Source: Verrucomicrobiota bacterium (GTDB lineage: Bacteria > Verrucomicrobiota > Verrucomicrobiia > Limisphaerales > UBA11358). From it: a DNA stretch of 64,000 nt. The DNA lies in contig JBEKMU010000010.1 in NCBI GenBank assembly GCA_049523555.1, positions 1,395 to 65,394 on the forward strand, given 5' to 3'. Shown here one piece after another: positions 62,157-64,000 of the stretch. Made by a program: the position numbers and the translations under genes. The notes beneath the pieces are model-generated. The model was not told the origin of the DNA. It saw nothing but the letters and a program-made list of their open reading frames with translations, and did not search any database. Numbering within the stretch: the first letter of the stretch is position 1; each line of letters opens with the position of its first letter.

Positions 62157-64000
62157 TCAGAACCGGTATTGCATGCTCGCGTAAACCAGATGGGCATCGT
62201 AGTTGTTGTGCCCGCCGGAGGTTTCATCTTGATTGCGGAAGAAACCGTATTTCAAGCTGACCTTGATGGCCTTGGTGATCTGGCGGGTGATGGTGGCGGT
62301 GACACTCTGTTCTTCGTCTCCGGCGCCGTAGGGCTGGGTATAAACTGAAGTGTTTACATAATCATCCGCGCGGTAGTAGGAGTATTGCAATTGCAGGTCG
62401 GTCTTGTTGTCCAGCGCGAAGCCGGACATGGCGCTGACGGTCCAGTAATCATTCTTGCCGGGAAGCACGAAATTGGTGACACCCGTTATGGATATTGGCG
62501 GCGTGTCAACGCTGTCCAGAGCGTAACTGCCGCTGACCTGCACATACCAACGGGGCAGCGGCGTCCAATTGACACTCTGGCTGATGATGTGGCTGGTGAT
62601 TTCCGCGCTCTGGACCGAACCCAGAGAGTCCCCGGTCGTGTCCACAGTCGAGAGTTGAAAATCGTAGCGCGTGACCAACGACAACGTGCTGAACGGCCGC
62701 CACGTGGCACGGATATTCATGTCATCGGTTGTGAATTTCTGATGGGTCAGATAGCCGGGATAACTGGTTGGATTGTTGGTCAGAGTGTTGTCGTAATCGT
62801 AATCGTGAATCTCGTGGTAATACTGCGCGCCGAAGTTCAGTTGATAGAGCGGGTACCAATTGGCGCCGACGGTGTATTTTTGCCCGAGCCGGGTCCAATC
62901 CTGATTTAGGAGAGGAGTAAAAACAGCGTTGGCTTCTTGATTCCAGACCTCGTTGCCGCTGTCTTCCGACCATTCACCGCTGGCATAGAGTGACCAGTTG
63001 CGAAAACCGGTGTAACGGGCTTCCAGACTTTCCGCCACGTCGAGATTCCAATTGTCACTGCTGGCCGATGTCGGGTTCGGATAGGGAGTGACCGATCCGC
63101 CATTTGCATGCACACCATTGTCGCTGAAATTGTCGGAAAGATCGCTGCCGTCGTATTCAAAGCGGAACGCGGGAACCAACACCAGATTCTCGATCGGCGT
63201 CAGCATCAGGTTCATGTTCCCGACATACTCCTTCGTGTTGCCGCCGCCGGTTAGTCCGCTAAAACCTTCATCACGGTTCTGGCTGTTGGGATAGGTGGTT
63301 GAAAAGGGAGAGTTGTAACTTGGTCCATAAATCCGGCTGCCCGACAGGTCGGTATCTATGGTCGTGAAGGAGCCGCCCAGCGAGAACGTGACCTTTTTGT
63401 TGAAGAACGTTTCTGTGAAACCATGAACGTTGAACAAATCGTTCTGCTCGACGTTGTCCTGCGTCACAAAACGATTGGCAGGCTGGCCGGGAGAACGATC
63501 AATATTGATTGAATCATTGTTGTGATCAATCTCGTAACGCAGTCCCAGACCCGCGTCGGTGTTGCCCAGTTTGTCTTTGATGTCGGCTTGAAAAATGTCG
63601 CGCGTTTCATCAATGTTGAGGAACGTCGGCACAATGTTGCGCTGCCCAAAACCGCCGGTAAGGGTGGTGTCTCCCCACGAGGTTGAATCTTTTTCACCCT
63701 GGCGAAATTCGTGGTCGTAACGGAAGGTGATGACCGGTTTGTCGGGCAGGGTCAACCCGGCTTCAAACCACGCATCGCCGCGGTCAACATGAAGCTCGTT
63801 GTTATACAATGAGAACCACTGGTTGTTCTGGGGGAAAAATCCGCCGTTGCCATCATACCAGGTGCGGAATTCCGTGTAACCGCCCCGGAGATAACCTTTG
63901 TCCGGATCGGACAATTCCAGCCGGATGGAATAATCGTGGTTATCGAAAATTCCATGGCCGTCCACTTGAAACAAACCCTTCTTTCCGACGAATTGTTGGT
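62157..64000 (-). CDS. large outer-membrane beta-barrel protein (partial; N-terminus beyond the window), possibly MtrB/PioB-like
   Basis: Alternating beta-strand pattern rich in Y/T/N/D/G. C-terminus ...YASMQYRF (terminal Phe). The frame is open to the window edge. Confidence 0.6.
   Translation of the reverse strand, partial: QQFVGKKGLFQVDGHGIFDNHDYSIRLELSDPDKGYLRGGYTEFRTWYDGNGGFFPQNNQWFSLYNNELHVDRGDAWFEAGLTLPDKPVITFRYDHEFRQGEKDSTSWGDTTLTGGFGQRNIVPTFLNIDETRDIFQADIKDKLGNTDAGLGLRYEIDHNNDSINIDRSPGQPANRFVTQDNVEQNDLFNVHGFTETFFNKKVTFSLGGSFTTIDTDLSGSRIYGPSYNSPFSTTYPNSQNRDEGFSGLTGGGNTKEYVGNMNLMLTPIENLVLVPAFRFEYDGSDLSDNFSDNGVHANGGSVTPYPNPTSASSDNWNLDVAESLEARYTGFRNWSLYASGEWSEDSGNEVWNQEANAVFTPLLNQDWTRLGQKYTVGANWYPLYQLNFGAQYYHEIHDYDYDNTLTNNPTSYPGYLTHQKFTTDDMNIRATWRPFSTLSLVTRYDFQLSTVDTTGDSLGSVQSAEITSHIISQSVNWTPLPRWYVQVSGSYALDSVDTPPISITGVTNFVLPGKNDYWTVSAMSGFALDNKTDLQLQYSYYRADDYVNTSVYTQPYGAGDEEQSVTATITRQITKAIKVSLKYGFFRNQDETSGGHNNYDAHLVYASMQYRF

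Noticed and set aside
1-64000. Looked for tRNA, rRNA, tmRNA, SRP RNA and RNase P RNA genes in intergenic regions.
   Set aside because: No cloverleaf-like or conserved-core sequence was recognised. The largest non-coding gaps (12660-12883, 13193-13461, 30868-31002) show only repeats or AT-rich sequence. tRNAscan/Infernal would be decisive.

Overview
GC-rich chromosomal segment, probably from a Verrucomicrobiota or other PVC-type bacterium. That placement is inferred from an H-X9-DG prepilin-like protein, secreted giants ending in an FYRL-type C-terminal domain, and abundant GTAG-type REP elements. The backbone has four parts. (1) Housekeeping genes: carA, prfB with the canonical +1 frameshift, trpC, pdxA, a surA-like gene, ilvN-ilvC, argJ, argC and rpsI-rplM. 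(2) A glucuronoxylan/xylonate catabolic set: GH67 alpha-glucuronidase, acetylxylan esterase, YjhG-type xylonate dehydratase, FAH-family dehydratase, KGSADH and an MFS transporter. (3) NAD-dependent formate dehydrogenase. (4) A cytochrome c maturation, multihaem cytochrome and outer-membrane barrel cluster. No rRNA, tRNA or CRISPR array was recognised. Candidates worth follow-up: (a) a translationally coupled NTase / 974-aa Mrr-like protein / NTase cassette at 10-4688 that matches no named defence or toxin-antitoxin system I know. (b) A corrinoid-dependent methyl-transfer system (URO-D-like methyltransferase, corrinoid protein, MTHFR, pterin-binding methyltransferase, RACo activase, MetH-activation-like protein). 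It is split over two loci and co-oriented with xylan side-chain enzymes, suggesting an undescribed O-demethylation route. (c) GTAG-terminated REP/REPIN-like palindromic elements inserted in frame inside trpC and argJ, resembling Rickettsia palindromic elements. (d) Two AT-richer islands, each headed by a paralogous XRE regulator and encoding giant secreted proteins (a permuted papain-like amidase; a 1397-aa protein with a DUF900-like hydrolase domain). (e) A diverged duplication of the fdh 3' end flanking an insertion that carries a truncated IS1-family transposase and a 117-bp tandem-repeat protein. (f) An interrupted ccsA and an amidohydrolase split by an in-frame TAA-ATG. All functional calls rest on motif recognition by eye; no database search was run.
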